Below are positions 9,451 to 19,380 of a stretch of DNA of 64,000 nt, one piece after another. How positions within the stretch are numbered: the stretch's first letter is position 1; each line of letters starts with the position of its first letter. The notes beneath the pieces are model-generated. The model saw nothing but the letters and a program-made list of their open reading frames with translations, made no database searches and was not told the origin of the DNA. The translations under genes were made by a program, and so were the position numbers. Origin of the DNA: Acidimicrobiia bacterium (lineage in GTDB: Bacteria; Actinomycetota; Acidimicrobiia; Spongiisociales; ZC4RG35); contig JBGTFH010000057.1 of NCBI GenBank assembly GCA_041747375.1, forward strand, positions 8,417 to 72,416, given 5' to 3'.

Positions 9451-9810
9451 TCATCTGGTGAACTCCCGTCGGACGCCAAGTTCACAGTGATCGGCGCTCC
9501 ACACACCAGCAATCTGGCGGCGATAGCTCATTGGGATTTCACGCCGCACTACCTCGCCAAACACACCCTGTTCTAGGGTCCGTTCGGTTGGCTGTTCCGT
9601 CGCTGGGGTGGCATCTCCGTCGACCGACGACAGCCCGGCGGATTGATCGGCCACAGAGGAGATATCGACGACACGATGGCGCAACTGAGAGTTTTCCATC
9701 AGGGAGGCGTCGGGCAAGAACGCCGTCGGGATGGGACCGGTGCGGGTCAAGGAGGAGTCCGCCGCTTCGTCATGACCGCTCGGCCAGTCGGCGGAAATCG
9801 TCCTCGACAC
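9451..9810 (-). CDS. hypothetical protein (doubtful)
   Basis: 119-aa GTG-start ORF overlapping the dinB 3' end by 41 nt. GC3 bias is compatible with coding but no motif is recognised. Confidence 0.25.
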   Translation of the reverse strand: MSRTISADWPSGHDEAADSSLTRTGPIPTAFLPDASLMENSQLRHRVVDISSVADQSAGLSSVDGDATPATEQPTERTLEQGVFGEVVRREIPMSYRRQIAGVWSADHCELGVRREFTR

Positions 9811-11026
9811 TCATGTCCCCGACACGCCCGAATTGCAGGGCATTGCTACCGAATCGGTCACGAACCTGGTCGACCCTTTCGTCGAGGGCCGCATTTCGGG
9901 TTGCCAGCATCGATCCGGGACTGGTCAGGTCGCCCCAATCAAACCCCAACTCCAACTGGACGAACCGATCCGTTTGCAGGTTGGAGACGGAAATACCAAT
10001 AAGGGTCGCCGGGCCGCTCCCGGCCTCAATGCCCTTTTCGAGCAACCCGGCTGCAACTGTCGAAATGGTGCGGGTTGAGGCGGTTGGCCATCTCAGAGTC
10101 CGGCTCCTTGTGATCCGTTTCGGGCCCGGAAATCGAAGTCGGACTGTGATTGTCGACCCGGCGCGTTCCTTCCGCCTCAATCTGCGGCCGACCCGGTCGG
10201 CCAACGATCCGATGACGGTCTGCATCGCCGACACCTCGGTCAGCCCCCTTCCCAACGCCTGTTGGCTGCCGACACTTCCAGCCCTACGCCCCCTCAGCAC
10301 AGGTCTAGGGTCACGGTTATTCGCCAGGGCATACAGACTGGAGCCTGCAACCGATCCGAGGTTTGTTCCCAGTAGGCCCTCTGGCACGGCCGCCAGCTGA
10401 CCGATGTCGAAGATCCCCATCGAACGGAGACGACGGGCGGTAACCGGCCCCACCCCCCACATCGCCTCGACCGGCAGGGCGTGGAGGAAGTCGAGTTCGC
10501 TCGACGGGTCGACAACTACCAGCCCATCGGGTTTCGCACGGGCCGATGCGATCTTGGCGAGAAACTTGGTACTGGCGACACCGATCGAAATCGGCAGGCC
10601 CACCTCATCTCTGACACGTCTCCGAAGTTGGGAAGCGATTTGCGACGGGGGCCCGAAAATGTGGATGGTGCCGAGAACGTCGAGAAACGCCTCATCGACG
10701 CTGATCTGTTCGACGACCGGGGTGAAGTCATCGACTATCTCCATGACCTGTTCGGAGAAATCCATGTATCGACTGAAATGGCCGTCGACGACCCGAAGCA
10801 TCGGGCAGAGCTTTCGTGCCTCCCCAACCGGCATCGGCGCTCTCACTCCGTAAGAGCGAGCCTCATACGAGGCAGCCAGGATCACACCACCGCCGACGGC
10901 GATGGGTTTCCCCCGGAGCGCTGGGTCGAGCAATTGTTCGACCGAGGCGTAGAAGGCGTCCAGGTCGGCATGGAGGATCGTCGGTTCCACCAGCCCATCA
11001 TCGCGCGACCCAGGGACAGAAACCAT
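9770..11026 (-). CDS. dinB: DNA polymerase IV (Y-family)
   Basis: 418-aa ORF with ILHADLDAFYASVEQ and the SIDEAFLDV catalytic motifs. Confidence 0.9.
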   Translation of the reverse strand: MVSVPGSRDDGLVEPTILHADLDAFYASVEQLLDPALRGKPIAVGGGVILAASYEARSYGVRAPMPVGEARKLCPMLRVVDGHFSRYMDFSEQVMEIVDDFTPVVEQISVDEAFLDVLGTIHIFGPPSQIASQLRRRVRDEVGLPISIGVASTKFLAKIASARAKPDGLVVVDPSSELDFLHALPVEAMWGVGPVTARRLRSMGIFDIGQLAAVPEGLLGTNLGSVAGSSLYALANNRDPRPVLRGRRAGSVGSQQALGRGLTEVSAMQTVIGSLADRVGRRLRRKERAGSTITVRLRFPGPKRITRSRTLRWPTASTRTISTVAAGLLEKGIEAGSGPATLIGISVSNLQTDRFVQLELGFDWGDLTSPGSMLATRNAALDERVDQVRDRFGSNALQFGRVGDMSVEDDFRRLAERS

Positions 11027-11094
11027 AAGGCGCGCCGGGGTCGAAGTGATGGGAGCGGTCGGGGGGTGGGTGGGTCGAGCCTGAACCTCGATGA

Positions 11095-12591
11095 CTAGAC
11101 GGCTAGCCGTTTCAGCGCAGAGCGATCGATCTTTCCCAGATGAGTCTGGGGAAGCTGGTCAACGAAATACACCCGCCTCGGATGTTTGTACGGCTCAAGC
11201 TGGCTGAGGACCCAATCGATCAGGGTCTGTTCAGCAACTTCGCGCTGAGCCACCACGAACGCAACGGGCTTGGCCAGGCCGTCAGGATCGGTAACGGCTA
11301 CCACAGCCACCTCCCTAACATCATCGTGACCGAGGAGCACCGATTCGACCTCCTGGGGCCGGAACCACTTCCCTTTGACCTTTATGGCGTCGTCCGCACG
11401 CCCGCGATGGGTCACATAGCCGTCCCGGTCGATTGAGACCAGATCCCCGCCGAGGAACCAGCCATCGCGGAATGCCTCCGCAGTCCTCGTCTGATCGTCG
11501 AAATAGCCCAAACCCAAGGAGTCTCCCTTGACCCAGAGTCGTCCCACTTCCCCGGCGGGGACCTCATGCCCATCGTCGTCGCATGCCTTGATCTCGAAGC
11601 CGGGGACCACTCTCCCAAGGGTGCCCGGTTTGGTGTCGGCAACCGTGTTGGAGATGAAGATGTGCCACATCTCGGCAGTCCCCAATCCGTCCAACAATTC
11701 CACACCGAACCTGTCCTTCCAGCCGTGATACAGGGCTTCGGGCAGGGCCTCTCCGGCCGAAGTGGCCAGGCGCAAAGAAGACAAGTCGGCGTCAGCCGCT
11801 CCTGGATCGTTGAGCATCTGGTTGATCGCTGAAGGGACATTGACCATGACCGTCGGCCGATAACGTTCGATCTTCTCGAAGAGCACCTCAGGGGTCGGGT
11901 GTTCGTCAAAGAGAACGGTCGAGGCGCCGACCGACAACGGGAACAAGAGGTTTGTGCCGGTGGCATAGCCGAAGTAGAGCTTGGGGACCGAGATGGTGAT
12001 GTCGTCGGCGGTCATGCCGAGTGTCCCCTGACCGTAGAGCCGGGTTGTGTTGGCCAGGCTCCGGTGTGATTGCGGCACCGCCTTTGGTGCTCCCGTGGTG
12101 CCACCCGAGAACAACCAGATTGCGGGGTCGCCTGGTGCAGACTCCACCGTCGCGTATGGCCCCGAAATGGCGACGTTGGCGGGGTCGATGACCGCGACCT
12201 CCAACCCTGCCGCCGCCGCCGCCACCCGGTCAAAATCGTCTCGGTATGCGCCGTCGACCAACGCAATACGGGCCTGAGCTGTATTCAGAATTCCTTGCAT
12301 TGCGTCAGAGGCGAGGTGGGGGTTGACCATCACGGCAACACCGCCGGCGCGGAAGATCCCGAAGAGGCCGGCGGCGAACGATGGGCCTTCGGGGAGGAGA
12401 ATCAGCACCCGGTCAAACCGGGACAGCCCGTTTCCTGCCAGCTCCCTGGCGTAGGCGGAGGCCATTGCATCCAGTTCGGCGTAGGTCGTATTGCCCGAGT
12501 CGGTGCGAATGGCAACCCGGTCGCCGAGCGTGTCGAGATGGTCGCGCAGAATCCAGTTGTCGATATTCAAGCTTGCAGGCCAATCGGGCAC
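11095..12591 (-). CDS. benzoate-CoA ligase family AMP-dependent ligase
   Basis: 498-aa ORF. AMP-binding loop LFSGGTTGAPKAV, YFGYATGTNLLFPLSVGAS block typical of aryl (benzoate/aminobenzoate/hydroxybenzoate)-CoA ligases, and GRADDAIKVKG. Confidence 0.85.
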   Translation of the reverse strand: MPDWPASLNIDNWILRDHLDTLGDRVAIRTDSGNTTYAELDAMASAYARELAGNGLSRFDRVLILLPEGPSFAAGLFGIFRAGGVAVMVNPHLASDAMQGILNTAQARIALVDGAYRDDFDRVAAAAAGLEVAVIDPANVAISGPYATVESAPGDPAIWLFSGGTTGAPKAVPQSHRSLANTTRLYGQGTLGMTADDITISVPKLYFGYATGTNLLFPLSVGASTVLFDEHPTPEVLFEKIERYRPTVMVNVPSAINQMLNDPGAADADLSSLRLATSAGEALPEALYHGWKDRFGVELLDGLGTAEMWHIFISNTVADTKPGTLGRVVPGFEIKACDDDGHEVPAGEVGRLWVKGDSLGLGYFDDQTRTAEAFRDGWFLGGDLVSIDRDGYVTHRGRADDAIKVKGKWFRPQEVESVLLGHDDVREVAVVAVTDPDGLAKPVAFVVAQREVAEQTLIDWVLSQLEPYKHPRRVYFVDQLPQTHLGKIDRSALKRLAV

Positions 12592-12637
12592 ACCCGGACG
12601 CTAGTGGATTCCCCGAAAATCGCTACGGTGAGAATCC

Positions 12638-13447
12638 ATGAGAACTGTCGTCGTTACCGGGCCTTCATCCGGGATAGGCCTGGTAACTGCGCAGTCCCTC
12701 GCGAGGAGCGGGTTTCACATCGTGGCTGCCGGCCGGTCTGACGAGCGAACCAGACCGGTGATCGAATCGATCAAGGCCGACGGCGGATCCGCCGAGTTCC
12801 TCCGTGTCGACCTGGCCGATCTCGACAGTGTGCGAGCGGCGGCCAGGGATCTCGAGGGGAGGGGCCGCCCTATCGATGTTCTGGTTAACAACGCCGGGAT
12901 CGGCATGTCCCGGGGATTGACCGGCGATGGTTTCGAGCTCAACTTCGGAGTGAATCATCTCGGCCCGTTCCTCTTCACCAACCTGCTTCGACGCACTTTC
13001 CGCCCCGCAACACGAATCATCAACGTCACCAGTGCGATGCATTTCAGAGTCGACGGGATCGACTTCGACAAGCTGACCGAACGATCGGCTTCGTTCCTCG
13101 GTCTGAATGATTATGCGACCTCCAAGCTGGCAAACGTCCTGTTCACACGGGAAATGGCCCGACGGCAGCCCGACTGGCGAACCTATGCGGTGCATCCGGG
13201 ATTTGTCGATACCGCCATCATTCCTCGACTGGTTCGCCCCTTCCTCCGGCGCAGCCTCATCACCCCCGCCGCGGGGGCCGAGACGACGATCCGTTGTGCT
13301 ACCGAAGCCGCCTTGGGGTCGGAAACTGGCCGTTACTACACCCCGGCCGGTCAATCCGATCCCTCCCCCACCGCCATGGATGACGACCTGGCGCGCGAGT
13401 TGTGGACCCGTTCCGAACGATGGTGCGGTATCGGCCCGGTCGACTGA
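12638..13447 (+). CDS. short-chain dehydrogenase/reductase
   Basis: 269-aa ORF with TGPSSGIG cofactor motif, NNAG, and YATSK catalytic motif. Confidence 0.9.
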   Translation: MRTVVVTGPSSGIGLVTAQSLARSGFHIVAAGRSDERTRPVIESIKADGGSAEFLRVDLADLDSVRAAARDLEGRGRPIDVLVNNAGIGMSRGLTGDGFELNFGVNHLGPFLFTNLLRRTFRPATRIINVTSAMHFRVDGIDFDKLTERSASFLGLNDYATSKLANVLFTREMARRQPDWRTYAVHPGFVDTAIIPRLVRPFLRRSLITPAAGAETTIRCATEAALGSETGRYYTPAGQSDPSPTAMDDDLARELWTRSERWCGIGPVD

Positions 13448-13485
13448 GGTTCGCCCACCGTTTGCACCCACTAGCGTTGGGCCGA

Positions 13486-14592
13486 ATGGAAACAGAAGGC
13501 GCGAGCGGAGGCTCACCACACATCTACTACGGCGACTACCTCCAACTGGACAAGTTGCTTGACGCCCAGTCGCTGGAGTCCACCAAAGCGGGGCAGACCG
13601 AACACGACGAGATGCTCTTCATCATCGTCCATCAGGCTTACGAACTCTGGTTCAAACAGATCCTGTGGGAGCTCGATGACCTCCTCCGTATGTTCTCCGG
13701 TGAGGCTGTCGCAGAGGGAGACATGGGCAGGGTGGTCTCCCGGCTACGGCGCATAACGGAGATCCAGAAGCTCTTGATCCAGCAGATTTCGGTGCTCGAG
13801 ACTATGACACCGCTCGACTTCCTCGACTTCCGCGATCGACTCTTCCCTGCTTCGGGGTTTCAGTCGGCCCAGTTCCGGAAGGTGGAAAACAAACTGGGGA
13901 TGAGACGCGAGGACAGGATGCTTTTTGAGGGTGGCGCCTATGTGGAGCGCTTCGATGAGGACGACCGGATGGCGGTGGAGGCAACCGAGCAAGGCGCGAC
14001 CTTGTTCGACAAGGTCGAGGAGTGGCTTGAGCGGACCCCGTTCCTCGAGCACGGCCAGTTCAATTTCTGGGAGGCGTACCAGGAGGCGGTCAGACAACGC
14101 CTCGATGCCGACCGTGACGTGGTCGCGAGCAATCCCAACCTCACCCCCGAGCAGAAGGAAGGCCAGTTGAAGGACTTCGAGGTAACGATGCGCCAGTACG
14201 AGTCTGTTTTCGATGAGACGAAACACGACAGTGTCTCAAAACGGGGTGAGAGGAAGTTCAGTCATCGGGCGTTCCAGGCGGCGCTCTTCATCAACCTCTA
14301 TCGCGACCTCCCCGCTCTCCAGGAGCCGAACCGGATGCTGGAACTGTTGATGGACCTCGATGAAGGGTTCACCGCCTGGCGTTACCGGCATGCGCAGATG
14401 GCATGGCGGATGATCGGGAGGAGGATTGGAACCGGTGGTTCGGCGGGCGCCAAATATCTGGAAAAGTCGGCGGAGCGCTCGAAGGTCTTCAGTGACCTAT
14501 TCAATGTCACGACCTTCCTCGTCCCCCATCGCGACCGGCCCGAACTGCCTGATTCCATGGTGGAGTCGATGAAGTTTCGCTATCAAACGTGA
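13486..14592 (+). CDS. kynA: tryptophan 2,3-dioxygenase
   Basis: YGDYLQLDKLL, HDEMLFIIVHQAYELWFKQILWELD, WRYRHAQMAWRMIGRRIGTGGSAG. Start moved to the ATG at 13486 to clear the SDR stop at 13447. Confidence 0.9.
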   Translation: METEGASGGSPHIYYGDYLQLDKLLDAQSLESTKAGQTEHDEMLFIIVHQAYELWFKQILWELDDLLRMFSGEAVAEGDMGRVVSRLRRITEIQKLLIQQISVLETMTPLDFLDFRDRLFPASGFQSAQFRKVENKLGMRREDRMLFEGGAYVERFDEDDRMAVEATEQGATLFDKVEEWLERTPFLEHGQFNFWEAYQEAVRQRLDADRDVVASNPNLTPEQKEGQLKDFEVTMRQYESVFDETKHDSVSKRGERKFSHRAFQAALFINLYRDLPALQEPNRMLELLMDLDEGFTAWRYRHAQMAWRMIGRRIGTGGSAGAKYLEKSAERSKVFSDLFNVTTFLVPHRDRPELPDSMVESMKFRYQT

Positions 14593-15719
14593 AAGAGCAC
14601 TTCAGCCGGTTCTTTGCCGGCGATCCCGAACGCCTCCACTTCGCAGCCCATTCCCACCACCCGTGGCCCGACGTTGCGCTCGAGGCCCACAACCAGTATT
14701 GGCTCGATTCGGCACGACTCGCCGATGACAAGTGGGACTACATCTTTGGTCAGGTCGTACCCCGCGCCCGAAGTTCTGTCGCCGAGGTGATCGGGCTCTC
14801 CAGCCCGGAGACCTTGACGTTCGCGCCCAATACCCACGACTTTCTCGTCCGGATCTTCTCCTGTCTCGAGCCGCCGGTGCGCGTCCTCTCCACCGCCTCG
14901 GAGTTCCATTCGTTCAACCGCCAGGGCCGGCGCTGGGAAGAGGCAGGCCTGGCAATCGTCGATCGAATCGAGGCCGAGCCCTTCGCAACTTTCAACGAGC
15001 GCTTTCTTGCCAATGTCGAGGCCGGCGTGCACGACCTTGTCTACCTCTCTTCTGTCTTCTTTGACTCCGGATTCGTGGTCGAGGACATCGAGGGCCTGGT
15101 ACGGGCGACACCAAACCAAGGGACCTATTTCGTGATCGACGGGTATCACCAGTTCATGGCGATGCCTACCAATCTCGGCCCGCTCGAGGACCGCGCCTTT
15201 TTCGTTGCCGGTGGTTATAAGTATGCGATGTCGGGCGAGGGGGCTTGTTTTCTCCACAGCCCGCCCGGATACGGTGCCCGCCCGGTCGACACCGGCTGGT
15301 ACGCCGGATTCGGCCAACTCGAATCGGGCGTAGGGGACGTGGTTGGCTACGGCAGCGACGGCTCCAGGTTCGCCGGCGCCACCTACGATCCTTCCGGCAT
15401 CTATCGGCTCGACGCCGTGCTGCAGTGGCTGTCTGCGATGGGACTCACCCCGGAATCGATTCACAATCATGTCGTCCGGCTCCAGAGCCTCTTCCTGGAA
15501 TCGGACCTCCCCCTGGGCGAGGTTGTCCCTCCTCCCGGCGTCGAGAGAGGAAATTTCCTCACATTCAGGTCAGGGCACGCCCCCGATACATATCACGCCC
15601 TGCATGACGCTGGTGTGGTGACCGACTATCGGGGTGACCGCTTGCGGCTCGGATTCGGCATATATCAAGACGAGACCGACGTCGAAAGGCTGGTCGACGC
15701 GATTCGCACGGTGCTGTAG
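14589..15719 (+). CDS. kynU: kynureninase-like PLP enzyme
   Basis: 376-aa ORF with GTGA overlap on the kynA stop. GGYKYAMSGEGACF resembles the kynureninase PLP-lysine YKY block. Class V aminotransferase fold features. Confidence 0.75.
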   Translation: MKEHFSRFFAGDPERLHFAAHSHHPWPDVALEAHNQYWLDSARLADDKWDYIFGQVVPRARSSVAEVIGLSSPETLTFAPNTHDFLVRIFSCLEPPVRVLSTASEFHSFNRQGRRWEEAGLAIVDRIEAEPFATFNERFLANVEAGVHDLVYLSSVFFDSGFVVEDIEGLVRATPNQGTYFVIDGYHQFMAMPTNLGPLEDRAFFVAGGYKYAMSGEGACFLHSPPGYGARPVDTGWYAGFGQLESGVGDVVGYGSDGSRFAGATYDPSGIYRLDAVLQWLSAMGLTPESIHNHVVRLQSLFLESDLPLGEVVPPPGVERGNFLTFRSGHAPDTYHALHDAGVVTDYRGDRLRLGFGIYQDETDVERLVDAIRTVL

Positions 15720-15754
15720 GTAATTCGCTCCGGTTCGGGCAGAATGCAGACCAA

Positions 15755-16531
15755 ATGTCTCAGCTTCCGGTACTTGCCGTCGCCCCGATAGAGATGATCC
15801 GGCCCCACGAGGACTTCGATCCAATTCGTGTTGATCGTCTCAAGGACCGGATCGCAGGCGACGGAACCCAGCTCAACCCGATGGTTTGCACCCTGGCTCC
15901 AGATGGATCCTACGTTTTGCTCGACGGAGCCACGCGCCGCGAGGCATTCCATCGCCTGGGCCTCCCCCACGCCGTCGTCCAGGTCGTCGATCCAAACACC
16001 GTCAGCCTGGGGACCTGGCACCACGTTCTTCGTGAAGGTGACATGGACCGGTTGGAGTCATCAATCGCCACCAACCCGAGCATACGGGCCGAGGCCGATT
16101 CGGGAACCCCCAGGATCAACATCTCCGACAGCGGATGGATGACAATCACTCCGGTTGACGTCAGCGGAAACGCCGCTCTGAACTCGCTCGTGAGCTGTTA
16201 TCGGGGTCAATTCACGGTGGCCCGGGTCACCGATCCGTCGGAAAAGGCGGTCAGTCGGACCCACGACGACTGGTTGGCCATAGTCGAGTTCCCCGCTCTG
16301 ACCATCGCAGATGTGATGGACGCAGCCACCAGGTCCGATCACGTGCCCGCCGGCATCACCCGATTCGTCGTGCCGGCCCGCGCCCTCAGGTTGAGCATCG
16401 GCCTCGATTTTCTCCGTGATCCGGCTGGCACTTCCGTCAAGCAGGAGCGTCTCGACGAAATCCTGGCGAGCAGAGACCGGGAAGGCCGGGTGCGCCGATA
16501 CGACGAACCGGTGATCATCCTCGACGACTGA
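15755..16531 (+). CDS. ParB/Srx-fold N-terminal domain protein
   Basis: 258-aa ORF. IRPHEDFDPIRVDRLKDRIAGDG...NPMV...YVLLDGATRREAFHRLGL matches the ParB N-terminal/sulfiredoxin pattern. No HTH or ParA partner is seen. Confidence 0.6.
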   Translation: MSQLPVLAVAPIEMIRPHEDFDPIRVDRLKDRIAGDGTQLNPMVCTLAPDGSYVLLDGATRREAFHRLGLPHAVVQVVDPNTVSLGTWHHVLREGDMDRLESSIATNPSIRAEADSGTPRINISDSGWMTITPVDVSGNAALNSLVSCYRGQFTVARVTDPSEKAVSRTHDDWLAIVEFPALTIADVMDAATRSDHVPAGITRFVVPARALRLSIGLDFLRDPAGTSVKQERLDEILASRDREGRVRRYDEPVIILDD

Positions 16532-16593
16532 GATCGATCAAGCGGTTCTGTGTCGATTTCGTTACAGACCGGCGCACGTTTTTCGACACATGA

Positions 16594-17007
16594 CTATGAC
16601 CGGGATGAGATGACAGCAACTCCGGTGATCTCAACCATGGCATTGGGGTCGACAAGTTCGGTGATACCGATCAGGGCCATCGCCGGGAAATGCCTGCCGA
16701 AGACCTCACGGTACGCCTCACCAATTGCACCGAGGTTGTCCCGATACGCTGACACATCGGTCACAAAAATCGTGAGGGATGCGATGTCGGACGGCGTCCC
16801 CCCGGCGGCGACGACCACCGAAGAAACATTGCGGCACGCCTGGCCGAACTGGGCTACAAAGTCGTCGTCGAGTGTCAGATCCTCGTGATGGCCGGTTTCG
16901 CCCGCGACGTGAAGGACCTCCCCTCCCCTGGAAAGCATCCCGTGTGAGAATCCGCGCGCCGGCGGCAGTCCTTCCGGGTTGATCGGAAGATTCATCGTCC
17001 CGTCCAC
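16594..17007 (-). CDS. RidA/YjgF family protein
   Basis: 137-aa ORF with the family pattern (ARGFSHG..., IASLTIFVTD, PAMALIGITELV...VEITGVAV). Confidence 0.85.
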   Translation of the reverse strand: MDGTMNLPINPEGLPPARGFSHGMLSRGGEVLHVAGETGHHEDLTLDDDFVAQFGQACRNVSSVVVAAGGTPSDIASLTIFVTDVSAYRDNLGAIGEAYREVFGRHFPAMALIGITELVDPNAMVEITGVAVISSRS

Positions 17008-17819
17008 CGCGGAGGTCGTTTCCCGGTGAAGGCGCGATAGAACTCCGCATGGTCTTCGGATGTCATCAAAAAGGCCTGGGTAAAAGCCTCGAACTCGATC
17101 GCCGATCCGAGGTCCATATCTAATTCCCTGCTCAGCAATACTTTGGTGGCGGCATAGGCGAGGGTGGGCCCCGTGGCTAGCCGGTTGGCTGTTTCCAGGG
17201 CCACGTCCATCAAATCCGCATCGGGGACCACCCTGGTGGCGAGTCCGATCAGCTGGGACGCTCGGGCATCGACGGGCTCACCGAGGAGGAGTAGTTCGGA
17301 CGCACGCCCCAGCCCCACAATCCGGGGCAGGAGGTATGCCGAACCCATGTCAGCCCCCGCCAGTCCCACGCTGGTGAATAGAAAATGGAATGTGGCGCTT
17401 TCAGCCAACAATCGGAGATCACTGGCCAGAGCGATTACCGCCCCGGCTCCTGCGGCCACTCCATTGACTGCCGCGATCACCGGTATCGGGATCCGACGAA
17501 TCGCCTCGACCACAGCGCCGGTCATCCGCGTGAACTCGAGAAGTTCCCTGGTGTCCATTTCAACCAGCTGACCGATGATTTCGTTGACATCGCCCCCGGA
17601 GCAAAACCCACGTCCCGCACCGGTAACGACCAAAACCGACACGTCCGCGCGATGTTCCAACTCCCCCAGAAGGTCACGTAGATCGGCATAGACATCAAAA
17701 GTCAGGGCGTTCAACCGCTCCGGACGGGAAAAGGTGACCACACCTACCCCGTCTGTCACGGAGAACTCGAAATTCTCCCATTTCCCGGTAAAAGACGCCG
17801 ACGCTCGATATGGACTCAC
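16992..17819 (-). CDS. enoyl-CoA hydratase/isomerase family protein
   Basis: 275-aa ORF with crotonase oxyanion motif VVTGAGRGFCSGGDV and AAVNGVAAGAG. Confidence 0.9.
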   Translation of the reverse strand: MSPYRASASFTGKWENFEFSVTDGVGVVTFSRPERLNALTFDVYADLRDLLGELEHRADVSVLVVTGAGRGFCSGGDVNEIIGQLVEMDTRELLEFTRMTGAVVEAIRRIPIPVIAAVNGVAAGAGAVIALASDLRLLAESATFHFLFTSVGLAGADMGSAYLLPRIVGLGRASELLLLGEPVDARASQLIGLATRVVPDADLMDVALETANRLATGPTLAYAATKVLLSRELDMDLGSAIEFEAFTQAFLMTSEDHAEFYRAFTGKRPPRWTGR

Positions 17820-17887
17820 AAGCGGCAGGCTAACGCCGTGGTATGCCGATGTAGCCGTCGCAAAGGAGAAATCGCTAAGTTCTCAGC

Positions 17888-18268
17888 ATGGAACCAACAC
17901 TTGACCAGGTTCGCGATGAACTGGCCGCCATCCACGACGAGCTTCTCGATCTCCCCGGGAATGACTTCGACCGCCGGGCCTTGCTCAGGGATCGCCAGAT
18001 ACAACTCAGGCAGAAGTCTCACGAACTGGCGGATGGCATGCCGCTTCATGACAAAGAGGCTCTCAACGCCGCCTTCGATCGACTTGCCAAGGAGCGCGAC
18101 CGCCTCCTCGCGACCCGGCTCAGCTTCGTCGGTGAGGGATCTGGGGACGCAGGAATCGACAACGTCTTCATTGGCATCGTGAACAGCGCAATCGAGTCGG
18201 GAGTGGGCATCGACGACATCGAACGACGACTCGCCGAGATCATCCGACAGATGAAGAACGCCAATTGA
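17888..18268 (+). CDS. hypothetical helical protein
   Basis: 126-aa ORF, charged and helical. TTGA-coupled to the acyl-CoA dehydrogenase start at 18265. Confidence 0.5.
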   Translation: MEPTLDQVRDELAAIHDELLDLPGNDFDRRALLRDRQIQLRQKSHELADGMPLHDKEALNAAFDRLAKERDRLLATRLSFVGEGSGDAGIDNVFIGIVNSAIESGVGIDDIERRLAEIIRQMKNAN

Positions 18269-19380
18269 CATCGAGCCAGCCAACAGATCTGATTCGTCGA
18301 TCGGAATCGGTCGGATTGTCCTTGGCCGACGTGGCTTCATCGGGTGAGATTGGAAAAGTCAATCGAGCCCTGATCGCGGCCTTAGGAGAATCAGGACTGC
18401 TCGACCTGGTCTATTCGAGTAAAGGCGTCACGGCCGTGGACCTGTGCGCCATTCGCCAGGGCCTGGCACGCACCAACACAGCCGCCGAAACTGCCTTAGC
18501 CCTTCAAGGTCTGGGGGGTTTTCCAATTCACCTCTCAGGAAGTGAAGAAACACAAAGTCAATGGATCCCCGGGATCACGCAGGGGTCGGTTGTAGCCGCA
18601 TTTGCCCTCACGGAACCGGGTGCTGGCTCCGATGCCGGTTCCCTCGCCATGTCCGCGATACGTGACGGCGGGGGCTTTCGCCTCAGCGGCGAGAAGGCCT
18701 ATATCTCCAACGCTCCGGATGCCGATGTGTATAGCGTCTTCGCCCGAACCGATCCGGGTGCCAGGAGTCGGGGTATCACCGCATTCGCAGTGCCGGGCAC
18801 TGCGGAGGGGCTAAGCGGGGAGAGTATCGACATGCTCTCGCCCCACCCGATTGGCCGGATCCGCCTCGAGGGTGTCTTTGCCCCCGAGTCGGCCATCCTC
18901 GGAGAGGTCAACGGGGGTTTCGCTGTCGCGATGAAGACCCTCGACCTCTTTCGGCCCAGTGTCGGGGCTTTCGCCGTGGGAATGGCAGAAGCGGCCCTCC
19001 GCGAAGCCGTTTCACACGCGGCCGAACGCGAAGCATTTGGCAAAAAGATCCAGGATTTCCAGGGAATTTCGCATCAACTGGCTGATGTTCGGACCGGTAT
19101 CGAAGCTGCCAGCCACATGGTCTATTCAGCGGCGCGGGCCCACGATGACGGCGACACCGGGTCCCTCACCGGGAAGGCCGCCATGGCCAAACTAGCTGCG
19201 ACCGAAACGGCGCAGAAAGCCGTTGACGTCGCGATCCAGGTACTCGGGGCCAGGGGCCTCGAGGCCGATTCGCTGTTGGCCCATCTCTACCTCGAAGTGC
19301 GGGCACCACGCATCTACGAGGGAACCTCTGAAATCCAACGCAACATCATCGCCCGGGAGATGTTCAACGGTCGGATCTAG
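18265..19380 (+). CDS. acyl-CoA dehydrogenase
   Basis: 371-aa ORF with FALTEPGAGSD and the C-terminal YEGTSEIQRNIIAREM signature. Confidence 0.9.
   Translation: MTSSQPTDLIRRSESVGLSLADVASSGEIGKVNRALIAALGESGLLDLVYSSKGVTAVDLCAIRQGLARTNTAAETALALQGLGGFPIHLSGSEETQSQWIPGITQGSVVAAFALTEPGAGSDAGSLAMSAIRDGGGFRLSGEKAYISNAPDADVYSVFARTDPGARSRGITAFAVPGTAEGLSGESIDMLSPHPIGRIRLEGVFAPESAILGEVNGGFAVAMKTLDLFRPSVGAFAVGMAEAALREAVSHAAEREAFGKKIQDFQGISHQLADVRTGIEAASHMVYSAARAHDDGDTGSLTGKAAMAKLAATETAQKAVDVAIQVLGARGLEADSLLAHLYLEVRAPRIYEGTSEIQRNIIAREMFNGRI

Noticed and set aside
11075-11091. Imperfect palindrome TCGAGCCTGAACCTCGA upstream of dinB as an SOS (LexA) box
   Set aside because: It matches the actinobacterial TCGAAC-N4-GTTCGA consensus at only about 9 of 12 core positions and with wrong spacing. 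This is too weak to call.
12665-13519. Long antisense or alternate-frame ORFs: this one plus 14583-15470, 28085-28735, 47610-48293, 51546-52319, 58322-58969, 60624-62048, 61825-62790 and 9531-10400
   Set aside because: Each lies entirely inside or opposite a gene with clear family motifs, and is Arg/Pro/Gly/Ser-rich with no motifs. These are typical shadow ORFs of GC-rich DNA.
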